64,000 bases of DNA from Chitinophagales bacterium (GTDB lineage: Bacteria > Bacteroidota > Bacteroidia > Chitinophagales > Saprospiraceae): positions 21,160 to 85,159 of the forward strand of contig JAAFJT010000007.1 in assembly GCA_013298955.1 (NCBI GenBank), in the 5' to 3' direction. This document shows, piece by piece, positions 56,583 to 64,000 of the stretch. Every line of letters begins with the position of its first letter. Position 1 is the first letter of the stretch. Both the position numbers and the translations under genes were made by a program. Under the pieces are notes generated by a model. It was not told where the DNA came from and did no database searches. It saw nothing but the letters and a program-made list of their open reading frames with translations.

Positions 56583-57743
56583 CTATTGTATCGTTTTCAA
56601 TAATTCGGATGCTTCATCATGTCTTTCACCACTTTCTTTACCATGTTCGATGGCATTATTTAACACTTTTTGAGCGCACCGTTCTTCGCCCATTTTCACA
56701 TATAATTGAGCTAAGGTCAAAAAATACAGTTGTTTTTTCTCTTTTTGCAAGGCTCTTTTAGCCCATTTGACCGCTTTTTTCAACATTTTGGGGTCATCCA
56801 CTACTTCATAAAACGTTTGAGCCGTCTCATTCAATTCTTCCGCACTATCCTCAAATTGTTTGAAATACTGAACCGCAGCATTCGCATAATTCGTTCTATC
56901 GCCCTTCAATCGATAATAAGTCATCTGATAATTAGGAATCATGCGTTTTGCCTTTTTCGGGTACGTCAAAGCAATCAAAGAATCGGCAATAGGCAACGGC
57001 GGTAACGCTTTTTCATTATGCAATTTATCCGTTAATAGGTTTTGAATTTTAATTTCAATATCAGATTTACCAAAAATATTTTGAAAAGTATCCTTATTTT
57101 CCACCAAAAAACGATATAAAGGCGTATCGGTCGTTTCCACCATACGATAAATCAACCCTAAATGGGCTTGACTGCGCCAATCGGTTTGTGTATTCAAGTA
57201 GGTTTCCACGATTTTGATACACTTCGGGTCTTGTGCATCAGATAATTTTTGAATATAATTTCTCAAAAAAAGAGCATCACGATTCCCCGTTGCAAAACGG
57301 TTATTCCATGCGTCAAGCCTGTCTTCTTGATTCAAGGCAGCTTTCCCAAGTTGTAAAAAAACATCTATTTCTTGAAAACCCACAGCCCGATGCACCGCTT
57401 TTCCAGTAGCATTGATGAACAAAAAAGTGGGATAGGCTTTGATTTGATACGCCTGAGCGAGCGCGAGTCCATCGCCTTTTTCCATATCCATCTTGACATT
57501 GATAAATTGTTCATTATAAAAACGACTTATTTTGGGATGGGTAAAAACATCGCGGTTCATGGCTTTACAAGGCGCACACCAAGTGGTGTATGCGTCCAAA
57601 AAAATCAATTTTTCATATTTTTTAGCACTATCTAAGGCAGTTTGCCAATTTTCATGGATAAATTGAATGCCTTTTGTGGGGTTCGACTGCGCAAAAAGAA
57701 CTTTTGGCAGGAAACAAAAGAGGAGCAACCGAATATAACTCAT
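56583..57743 (-). CDS. secreted thioredoxin-fold protein (WCAPC) with a helical repeat C-terminal domain
   Basis: Signal peptide. DAYTTWCAPCKAM CxxC motif. Paralogue of ORF 57899-59068. Confidence 0.75.
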   Translation of the reverse strand: MSYIRLLLFCFLPKVLFAQSNPTKGIQFIHENWQTALDSAKKYEKLIFLDAYTTWCAPCKAMNRDVFTHPKISRFYNEQFINVKMDMEKGDGLALAQAYQIKAYPTFLFINATGKAVHRAVGFQEIDVFLQLGKAALNQEDRLDAWNNRFATGNRDALFLRNYIQKLSDAQDPKCIKIVETYLNTQTDWRSQAHLGLIYRMVETTDTPLYRFLVENKDTFQNIFGKSDIEIKIQNLLTDKLHNEKALPPLPIADSLIALTYPKKAKRMIPNYQMTYYRLKGDRTNYANAAVQYFKQFEDSAEELNETAQTFYEVVDDPKMLKKAVKWAKRALQKEKKQLYFLTLAQLYVKMGEERCAQKVLNNAIEHGKESGERHDEASELLKTIQ

Positions 57744-57774
57744 AGTTTCAATTAATTAAAATAATATACGCACG

Positions 57775-57885
57775 TAGAGCAATTGGAACGCGGATGACAC
57801 GGATTTGGCAGATTTTCGCGGATTTTTTTAACAAAAAATCCGTGAAAATCCGCCCAATCCGTGTCATCCGCGTTCCAATAGTATC
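57775..57885. repeat. CGGAT-family palindromic element, copy K, between the two thioredoxin-fold paralogues
   Basis: TAGAGCAATTGGAACGCGGATGACACGGATTTGGCAGATTTTCGCGGATTTTTTT ... AATCCGTGAAAATCCGCCCAATCCGTGTCATCCGCGTTCCAATAGTATC. Confidence 0.9.
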
Positions 57886-57898
57886 ACAAAAAAAATAT

Positions 57899-59068
57899 TT
57901 AACCTTTTATTTGAAGAATTAAATTTTCAATACCCGGAATGGATTGTGGTTGAGCTGCTTTTGCCAATTCTAATGCCTTATTTGCAGCTGTCAACGCATC
58001 TTTTTTCTTATTGTTTTTAAACAAAATCGTCGAATACGTGTAATAATAATGCACCAAACCACCATTTTCTGCCGCTTTACTGGCATATTTTTCTGCTTGG
58101 GTCAATACATTTTTATCTGTTGCAAAATCACTTTCCATGCGTTTTGCCAATTGATATAATTGATTAGCATCCTTTTTAGCCACTTTTTTAGCACAATTAT
58201 TACACGCACGAAGATATTGCTTGATTTCACCTGCTGCTTGATAATACGAAATATCTGCTTCTACTTCAAAAGCATCATATCTATCAGGTACATTTTGTTT
58301 CAATTTCGTTTTCGCTTCTTGCAACAAGGCTTCACTTTTAAATTGTTTGGCATTTTCCAATGTTTTTAAACACGCCGTTTCAATTTTATTTTGAAACATC
58401 ATTTCACTATACAATCCTTTAATTTTGACCTGATGTCTCAATAGCAAATCAAAAACTTTAGAATCCGCCTGAGTGGTACCTTCATAAATGAGTTTCAAAA
58501 CAGCAGGATTATTAAAATCAGGATTTTTATTTAAAAAATCATTCACCATTTTCAAACTCGGCTTGCCTGACCGATTCAAAGAGCGCACATAGCGCACCAT
58601 AAAATCGGGGTCGCGTTTTCCTGCGGCATACTCTTTTTCCAATTCTTTGGCATTATCGGCTTTTGCCAACGCATTTTTCGCCAACGTCAAAAATTCATCC
58701 GACATCAAACCGCCCACACCCGCTTGCACCAATTCACCCTTGCCATTGATAAACAACAAAGTCGGATAAGCAGAAACATTGAAACGACCCGAAAGGGCTT
58801 GTCCTTCCCCCTTTTCCATGTCCATTTTGACATTGACAAAGTTTTGATTGAAGAAATTGCCGACTTTTTCCTCTTTGAAAACGGTTGCCGCCATGCGTTT
58901 GCAGGGACCACACCATTCCGCAAAGGCATCCATAAAGACCAATTTATCTTCTTTTTTGGCTTTTTCGACGGCTTCCGCAAACGTGCCGTGAAAAAAATCG
59001 ATGCCTTGACCCTGCATCAACGACACAAACATTAAACCAATCACACTTGTAACAATTGCTTTTTTCAT
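57899..59068 (-). CDS. secreted thioredoxin-fold protein (WCGPC) with a helical repeat C-terminal domain
   Basis: Signal peptide MKKAIVTSVIGLMFVSLMQGQ. DAFAEWCGPCKRM. Same architecture as ORF 56583-57743. Confidence 0.75.
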   Translation of the reverse strand: MKKAIVTSVIGLMFVSLMQGQGIDFFHGTFAEAVEKAKKEDKLVFMDAFAEWCGPCKRMAATVFKEEKVGNFFNQNFVNVKMDMEKGEGQALSGRFNVSAYPTLLFINGKGELVQAGVGGLMSDEFLTLAKNALAKADNAKELEKEYAAGKRDPDFMVRYVRSLNRSGKPSLKMVNDFLNKNPDFNNPAVLKLIYEGTTQADSKVFDLLLRHQVKIKGLYSEMMFQNKIETACLKTLENAKQFKSEALLQEAKTKLKQNVPDRYDAFEVEADISYYQAAGEIKQYLRACNNCAKKVAKKDANQLYQLAKRMESDFATDKNVLTQAEKYASKAAENGGLVHYYYTYSTILFKNNKKKDALTAANKALELAKAAQPQSIPGIENLILQIKG

Positions 59069-59093
59069 AGCTTGAACACCTATTTTTAAGAAT

Positions 59094-59861
59094 TTAAAAC
59101 ATTTTTAAATGCTGCGTTTTGACGGGTACATTCGTTGTATGAGCAACATTTTTTTGGCTCAATAACGCGCCAGATAGACACATTTGTTGCAATTCGTCCA
59201 AAGTTCCATTAAAAACATTTAAATCGACATACGAATTGCGAATCCCGCGTAAGCGACCGCGTTCTCCATATTGCCAGAAAATCCATTCGACTCCTGCGGC
59301 TAATTGTGGTTCATTTTTGCTGTAATGCCCAATCCAAAGCGGATAATCTTTAAATTCAGCCGCCAAATACTTGTTATAAAACTGATAAGGCGTGTAAATA
59401 ATCGGTTGAATATTATATTCCGCTTTTATCAATTGTAAAAATTCTTTCAATTGTTTCACAATTTCCTCTCGCTCCATGTTATCAGTCACTTCTACATCAA
59501 TGACGGGCGGCAAATCGCCGTATTCCAAAATCACTGTATTGATATAATTACGTGCCTGTTCTTCGGGCGGCAGTGACGGACGGAAAAAATGATACGCACC
59601 GCGTTTGATTTTGACCCGTTTGGATTCTGCCCAATTCCGCCCAAACATCGTATCTATGTGCCTACGACCTTCAGTAGCCTTCATAAAAGCAAATTGAATG
59701 TTCTGTGCAGCGATCGTATCCCACCGAATTTTTCCTTGATGATGCGATACATCAATGCCTTGCACCGTGTAACGAATGGGCAAAATGCGTTCCGTATCAG
59801 TCTTACAAGCCGTCAGACTGATGATTTGAGTGATTAAAAATAGGTAAAAAATAGGTTTCAC
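59094..59861 (-). CDS. GH25 lysozyme/muramidase, probable lipoprotein
   Basis: GIDVSHHQGKIRWD, FMKATEG and GAYHFF are GH25 motifs. A GTG start at 59861 gives (M)KPIFYLFLITQIISLTAC with a lipobox. The track ORF extends to 60005 and there is an alternative ATG at 59942. Confidence 0.75.
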   Translation of the reverse strand: MKPIFYLFLITQIISLTACKTDTERILPIRYTVQGIDVSHHQGKIRWDTIAAQNIQFAFMKATEGRRHIDTMFGRNWAESKRVKIKRGAYHFFRPSLPPEEQARNYINTVILEYGDLPPVIDVEVTDNMEREEIVKQLKEFLQLIKAEYNIQPIIYTPYQFYNKYLAAEFKDYPLWIGHYSKNEPQLAAGVEWIFWQYGERGRLRGIRNSYVDLNVFNGTLDELQQMCLSGALLSQKNVAHTTNVPVKTQHLKMF

Positions 59862-60103
59862 AATAATTGGGACAATATTTAAATATGGTAAAATGGATGT
59901 TATATTGGGAAAGAACGAAAAAAATACGTTTTTTTCGCACATTCTTTTCAACGTGAAAAAAGTTAATAAAGTGTTAAAAGTACGCTTTAATTTGCAGACT
60001 TCCAAATATTTTTACAAAACATTGATAATCAATTTTTTATAAAAATATTTTTTAAATAAACTGATTTTTTTAATCTAAAAATCAATCCTAAATTTACAGC
60101 ATC

Positions 60104-61297
60104 ATGCTTTCGCAAAGACAATTGTTTTTAAAACATGTTGCCCAAACCAGTGCATTTCCACTCCTGTTGGAAATAGAACGTGCAGAAGGGCTTTATTTGT
60201 ATGACCATAAAGGAAAATCATATATTGATTTGATTGCAGGTATTGGCGTAAGTGCTTTGGGGCATCGACATCCTGCGGTGCTGAAAGCTGTCATAGAGCA
60301 ATCTGAAAAGTATTGGCATACAATGGTTTATGGAGAGTTTGTATTGTCGCCACAGGTGCGTTTGGCAACGCTTTTGGCAGCACATACGGCTCCAAATTTA
60401 GATAGTGTTTATTTCACTAATTCTGGAACGGAGGCAGTAGAAGGGGCAATGAAATTGGCGAAACGCTACACAGGTCGAACCGAAATTATTTCGGCTTATA
60501 ATGCCTATCATGGCAGTACGCAAGGTGCATTAAGTCTGAATAGTGACCCTTATTTTACCCAATCTTTTCGCCCCTTATTACCAGATATTCAACATATTAC
60601 GTATAATGATTTAAATGATTTAAATACAATTTCAACTAAAACGGCTGCGGTCATCATCGAAGTCATTCAAGCAGAAGCTGGCATTTACCCAAGTTCGACA
60701 GCGTATTTACAGGCGTTGCGCAAGCGTTGTACTGAAACGGGTACTTTACTGATTTTTGATGAAATCCAAACAGGCATGGGACGAACCGGTACGTTGTGGG
60801 CATTTCAACGTTATAAGGTGGTGCCAGATGTTTTGTTGAGTGCGAAAGGGCTTGGTGGTGGATTGCCGATAGGGGCGTTTATATCCTCTAAAAAAATCAT
60901 GTCTGCTTTGACCGATGAACCTATTTTGGGACATATTACGACTTTTGGCGGACATCCATTGAGTGCGGCGGCGGCTTTCGCAACGTTAAAAACGCTTTTA
61001 GAAACGGATTTAATAAACCAAGTCGCTGAAAAATCACTTTTATTTCAACAAAAACTGAAACATCCATTGATTCAAGCGGTTCGCGGCAGTGGTTTAATGC
61101 TTGCCGTCGAATTATCTGATTTTGATATGGTGCAAAAAGTAATTGCGCGATGCCTTGAAAATGGTTTATTGACAGATTGGTTTTTATTTAACAATAAATG
61201 TTTGAGAATCGCACCGCCCTTGACCATTACGGTTGCTGAGATAGAAAGGGCATGTGCTATTTTATTAGAAGCAATTGAAAAAGTTCCTATAAATTAG
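60104..61297 (+). CDS. class III PLP-dependent aminotransferase (acetylornithine/ornithine aminotransferase-like)
   Basis: FDEIQTGMGRTG. PLP lysine region LLSAKGLGGGLPIGA. NSGTEAVEGA. Confidence 0.85.
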   Translation: MLSQRQLFLKHVAQTSAFPLLLEIERAEGLYLYDHKGKSYIDLIAGIGVSALGHRHPAVLKAVIEQSEKYWHTMVYGEFVLSPQVRLATLLAAHTAPNLDSVYFTNSGTEAVEGAMKLAKRYTGRTEIISAYNAYHGSTQGALSLNSDPYFTQSFRPLLPDIQHITYNDLNDLNTISTKTAAVIIEVIQAEAGIYPSSTAYLQALRKRCTETGTLLIFDEIQTGMGRTGTLWAFQRYKVVPDVLLSAKGLGGGLPIGAFISSKKIMSALTDEPILGHITTFGGHPLSAAAAFATLKTLLETDLINQVAEKSLLFQQKLKHPLIQAVRGSGLMLAVELSDFDMVQKVIARCLENGLLTDWFLFNNKCLRIAPPLTITVAEIERACAILLEAIEKVPIN

Positions 61298-61348
61298 TGA
61301 CATTTGCAGCAACTATAATCAATCATTATTCAACAACCCAATTGTAAA

Positions 61349-63343
61349 ATGAATCATTCAGAAATGGTTGAACCGATTTTATGGCAGCCAAGCCCTTTTT
61401 TTAAAGATAAAAGTCGTTTGAATCAATATATTATTTGGTTAAAACAGCAAAAAAAAGGAGACTTTCATAACAATTATGAAGCACTTTGGCAATGGTCTGT
61501 TGATAATCCTGCTGATTTTTGGGCATCTATTTGGGATTATTTTCAAATTCAAAGCCATACGCCTTACACCCAAGTATTGCAAGGCAACATGCCCAATGCA
61601 CATTGGTTTGAAGGTGCGACTTTAAATTATGCGGAATCTATTTTTCGGGGGCAATCACTCGCGCCAACAGATGCGCCCGCTATCGTCTATGCAGGTGAAC
61701 GAAATGAGCTTAACTCATTGACTTGGAACGAGTTGCATCAACAAGTTGCCGCAACAGCAGGTTATTTGCGCGAATTGGGCGTTCAAAAAGGCGATAGGGT
61801 AGTGGCGTTTTTGCCCAATGTGCCAGAAGCAACGATTGCTTTTTTGGCGACGGCGAGTCTTGGGGCGGTTTGGTCGAGTTGTTCGCCCGATTTTGGGACA
61901 GAAAGTGTTATTGAACGCTTTGCGCAAATCGAACCCAAAGTTTTATTTGCAACAGATGGCTATCAATATGCAGGAAAGCCATTTGATAAAAGGGCGGTTG
62001 TAACAGATATTGCCCGTCAATTGCCGACTTTGAAGCAGGTGATTTTATTGCCTTATTTGAATAAAAAGATACAACCCATTGATAACCAAATACTTTGGAA
62101 TCAACCACTCAGTTCAGAAACGCAACTTTTTTTTGAACCCGTTGCTTTTGATGCGCCGCTTTTCATCTTGTATTCATCTGGAACGACAGGGATTCCCAAA
62201 GCCATTGTACATGGACACGGTGGTATTTTGTTGGAACATTTAAAATATTTGGCTTTTCACAATAATTTGTATGCAGGAGAACGTTTCTTTTGGTATGGAA
62301 CGACAGGTTGGATGATGTGGAATTTTGCAAATTCGGCTCTTTTGTTGGGCGCGACGTTGGTTTTGTATGATGGAAGTCCTTCGTTTCCAGATATGAATTG
62401 CCTTTGGCAATTGGCAGAAAAGGCTGATATTCAACACTTTGGAACCAGTGCGCCGTTTTTAATATCGTGTATGAAGGCTGAGAAAGATGTTAAAAAAATA
62501 TTTAAATTAAAAAATTTAGTGAGTATTGGCTCCACTGGTTCGCCTTTGCCGCCTGAAGCCTTTGAATATGTGTATCGTCATATCAAATCGGATGTTTGGC
62601 TTGCCTCCATGAGTGGTGGAACGGATATTTGTACGGCGTTTGTGGGCGGAAATCCATTGTTGCCTGTTGTAAAAGGGATGATACAGTGTCGTTGTTTGGG
62701 TTGTAATATATTGAGCTTCAATGATTTAGGTGAACCCATTATCAATGAAGTGGGTGAAATGGTGATTGCTACGCCGATGCCCAGTATGCCTATTTATTTT
62801 TGGAATGATGTTGATAAAACCAAATATAAAAGCAGTTATTTTGAACCAAATCCAACGATTTGGCGGCATGGTGATTGGGTTCAAATTGATGAAAAAGGTT
62901 ATTTGATGATTTTGGGGCGTTCCGATGCGACTTTAAATCGACATGGTGTGCGCATTGGAACGGCAGAAATTTACCGCGTTTTAGATAAAATCGTTGAAAT
63001 CAAGGATAGTTTGATTATCAATTTGGAACTCAAAGGTGGAAAACATTATATGCCACTTTTTGTGATTTGTGCAGAAGGGCATGTTCTGGATGTTGTTTTA
63101 AAACAAAAAATTGCGAATGCGCTCAAAATGGCTTATTCGCCGCGTCATGTGCCTGATGAAATGATTGAAGTAAATGATATTCCTTATACGATTTCGGGTA
63201 AAAAACAGGAAACGCCCGTAAAGAAAATTTTAATGGGTATTCCATTGCAAAAGGCAATTAATATTGGGTCGGTTCGGAATCCGACCTCGGTTGATTTCTT
63301 TGTTGCATTTGCAAAACGTTTTGAAAAAGAAACCTTAATTTAG
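61349..63343 (+). CDS. acetoacetate-CoA ligase (acetoacetyl-CoA synthetase)
   Basis: AMP-binding motif YSSGTTGIPKAIVHGHGG. The N-terminal LWQWSVDNPADFWASIWDYF region is typical of AACS. Confidence 0.85.
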   Translation: MNHSEMVEPILWQPSPFFKDKSRLNQYIIWLKQQKKGDFHNNYEALWQWSVDNPADFWASIWDYFQIQSHTPYTQVLQGNMPNAHWFEGATLNYAESIFRGQSLAPTDAPAIVYAGERNELNSLTWNELHQQVAATAGYLRELGVQKGDRVVAFLPNVPEATIAFLATASLGAVWSSCSPDFGTESVIERFAQIEPKVLFATDGYQYAGKPFDKRAVVTDIARQLPTLKQVILLPYLNKKIQPIDNQILWNQPLSSETQLFFEPVAFDAPLFILYSSGTTGIPKAIVHGHGGILLEHLKYLAFHNNLYAGERFFWYGTTGWMMWNFANSALLLGATLVLYDGSPSFPDMNCLWQLAEKADIQHFGTSAPFLISCMKAEKDVKKIFKLKNLVSIGSTGSPLPPEAFEYVYRHIKSDVWLASMSGGTDICTAFVGGNPLLPVVKGMIQCRCLGCNILSFNDLGEPIINEVGEMVIATPMPSMPIYFWNDVDKTKYKSSYFEPNPTIWRHGDWVQIDEKGYLMILGRSDATLNRHGVRIGTAEIYRVLDKIVEIKDSLIINLELKGGKHYMPLFVICAEGHVLDVVLKQKIANALKMAYSPRHVPDEMIEVNDIPYTISGKKQETPVKKILMGIPLQKAINIGSVRNPTSVDFFVAFAKRFEKETLI

Positions 63344-63380
63344 GATTTATTGGATTTTTAAACATTTCTCCTATTTACAC

Positions 63381-64000
63381 GTGCATCGAATCCGACAATC
63401 TTTTTATCTGATATTGCGTTGGTTTTGTTTTTTAAATGGTTTATTAAACGCGTTGCCAACAACGCTTGCGCAAATGCCGATTCGGAATTTGCGCAAGCAA
63501 ATAATTGTATTACAATCAGATACTCTTGTAAAAGATTCATTATCTATTATTCCACAATCATTCAAAATACTCAAAGGGGCGTACCAAACCCATGATTTTT
63601 ATATTAAAAATAATTTTATTATAAAAAAAATAAAAAACACCATTCCTTTTCAAACACCATCTTCCCTTGTAGAAATTGAATATCGAGTATTGCCTTATTT
63701 GTTGAATACACCCTATCATCGTTTGGATTCAAGCCAAATTCGACCCAAAATCATGGGCGGGCAGCCGATTGAATATGATTATTCACCTGATAATTTTTCA
63801 ACGAATGACCCTTTATTTGATACTAAAAGTTTGAACTATACGGGTTCTTTTGCAAGAGGGATTTCCGTTGGGAATGCCCAAAATTTAGTGGTCAATTCGG
63901 CTTTTAATTTGCAAATGGCGGGTAAAATTCAAGATTTGGAAATTTCGGCGGTTATTGCAGACAATCAAATTCCATTACAAGCGGAAGGGAATACGCGTCA
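63381..64000 (+). CDS. SprA-like cell-surface protein (T9SS translocon family), N-terminal fragment running off the window
   Basis: Not in the ORF track because it has no stop. A GTG at 63381 gives the signal-like (M)HRIRQSFYLILRWFCFLNGLLNALPTTLAQ. Downstream, ..GSFARGISVGNAQNLVVNSAFNLQMAGKIQDLEISAVIADNQIPLQAEGNT.. resembles the conserved SprA N-terminal region as I recall it. Confidence 0.5.
   Translation, partial: MHRIRQSFYLILRWFCFLNGLLNALPTTLAQMPIRNLRKQIIVLQSDTLVKDSLSIIPQSFKILKGAYQTHDFYIKNNFIIKKIKNTIPFQTPSSLVEIEYRVLPYLLNTPYHRLDSSQIRPKIMGGQPIEYDYSPDNFSTNDPLFDTKSLNYTGSFARGISVGNAQNLVVNSAFNLQMAGKIQDLEISAVIADNQIPLQAEGNTR

Noticed and set aside
63358-63540. 60-aa minus-strand ORF after the acetoacetyl-CoA synthetase gene
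   Set aside because: It overlaps the signal-peptide region of the plus-strand SprA-like frame, which is open to the window end and has recognisable downstream conservation.
1-64000. Search for tRNA, rRNA, tmRNA, riboswitches, transposases, integrases, phage or toxin-antitoxin modules
   Set aside because: Reading the intergenic regions and the ORF set, I found no cloverleaf-like or rRNA-like sequence and no such protein motifs. Small ncRNAs cannot be excluded without covariance-model searches.

Overview
This is a low-GC (about 40%) chromosomal segment from a Bacteroidota-type genome. Supporting signs are T9SS C-terminal sorting domains on four secreted enzymes, a giant C25 (gingipain/PorU-like) protein, an SprA-like N-terminus at the right edge, and TAnnTTTG promoter boxes. 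I call about 38 protein genes. Housekeeping genes (pyrE, rsmG, ruvB, yidC, an LptF/G permease, a PgpH-like HD protein, saccharopine dehydrogenase, a transketolase C-subunit, acetoacetyl-CoA synthetase, a POT transporter) are interleaved with glycan-active enzymes (GH32, GH3, GH13, GH25, a NodB/PA14 deacetylase, an AXE1 esterase). I recognised no rRNA, tRNA, CRISPR array, transposase, integrase or prophage. The unusual content is non-coding. (1) A dense family of long palindromic elements occupies at least 12 intergenic loci. Each arm is built from four helically phased CGGAT sub-repeats, and copy-specific substitutions are mirrored between the two arms. The elements abut stop codons or overlap them (two genes share the same final 7 nt including the stop, joined to an identical element terminus). 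At two loci they are associated with tandem amplification of gene 3' ends: a 145-bp unit x5 after the POT gene and a 176-bp unit x2 after a DUF6089 gene. (2) A 575-bp repeat island bounded by 26-bp perfect inverted repeats lies directly upstream of a 1294-aa SF1 helicase/REase-like protein that has a degenerate Walker B motif. (3) Two further short palindrome families are present. (4) Two genes appear to be split by frameshifts. Functional interpretations of the repeats are inference only.
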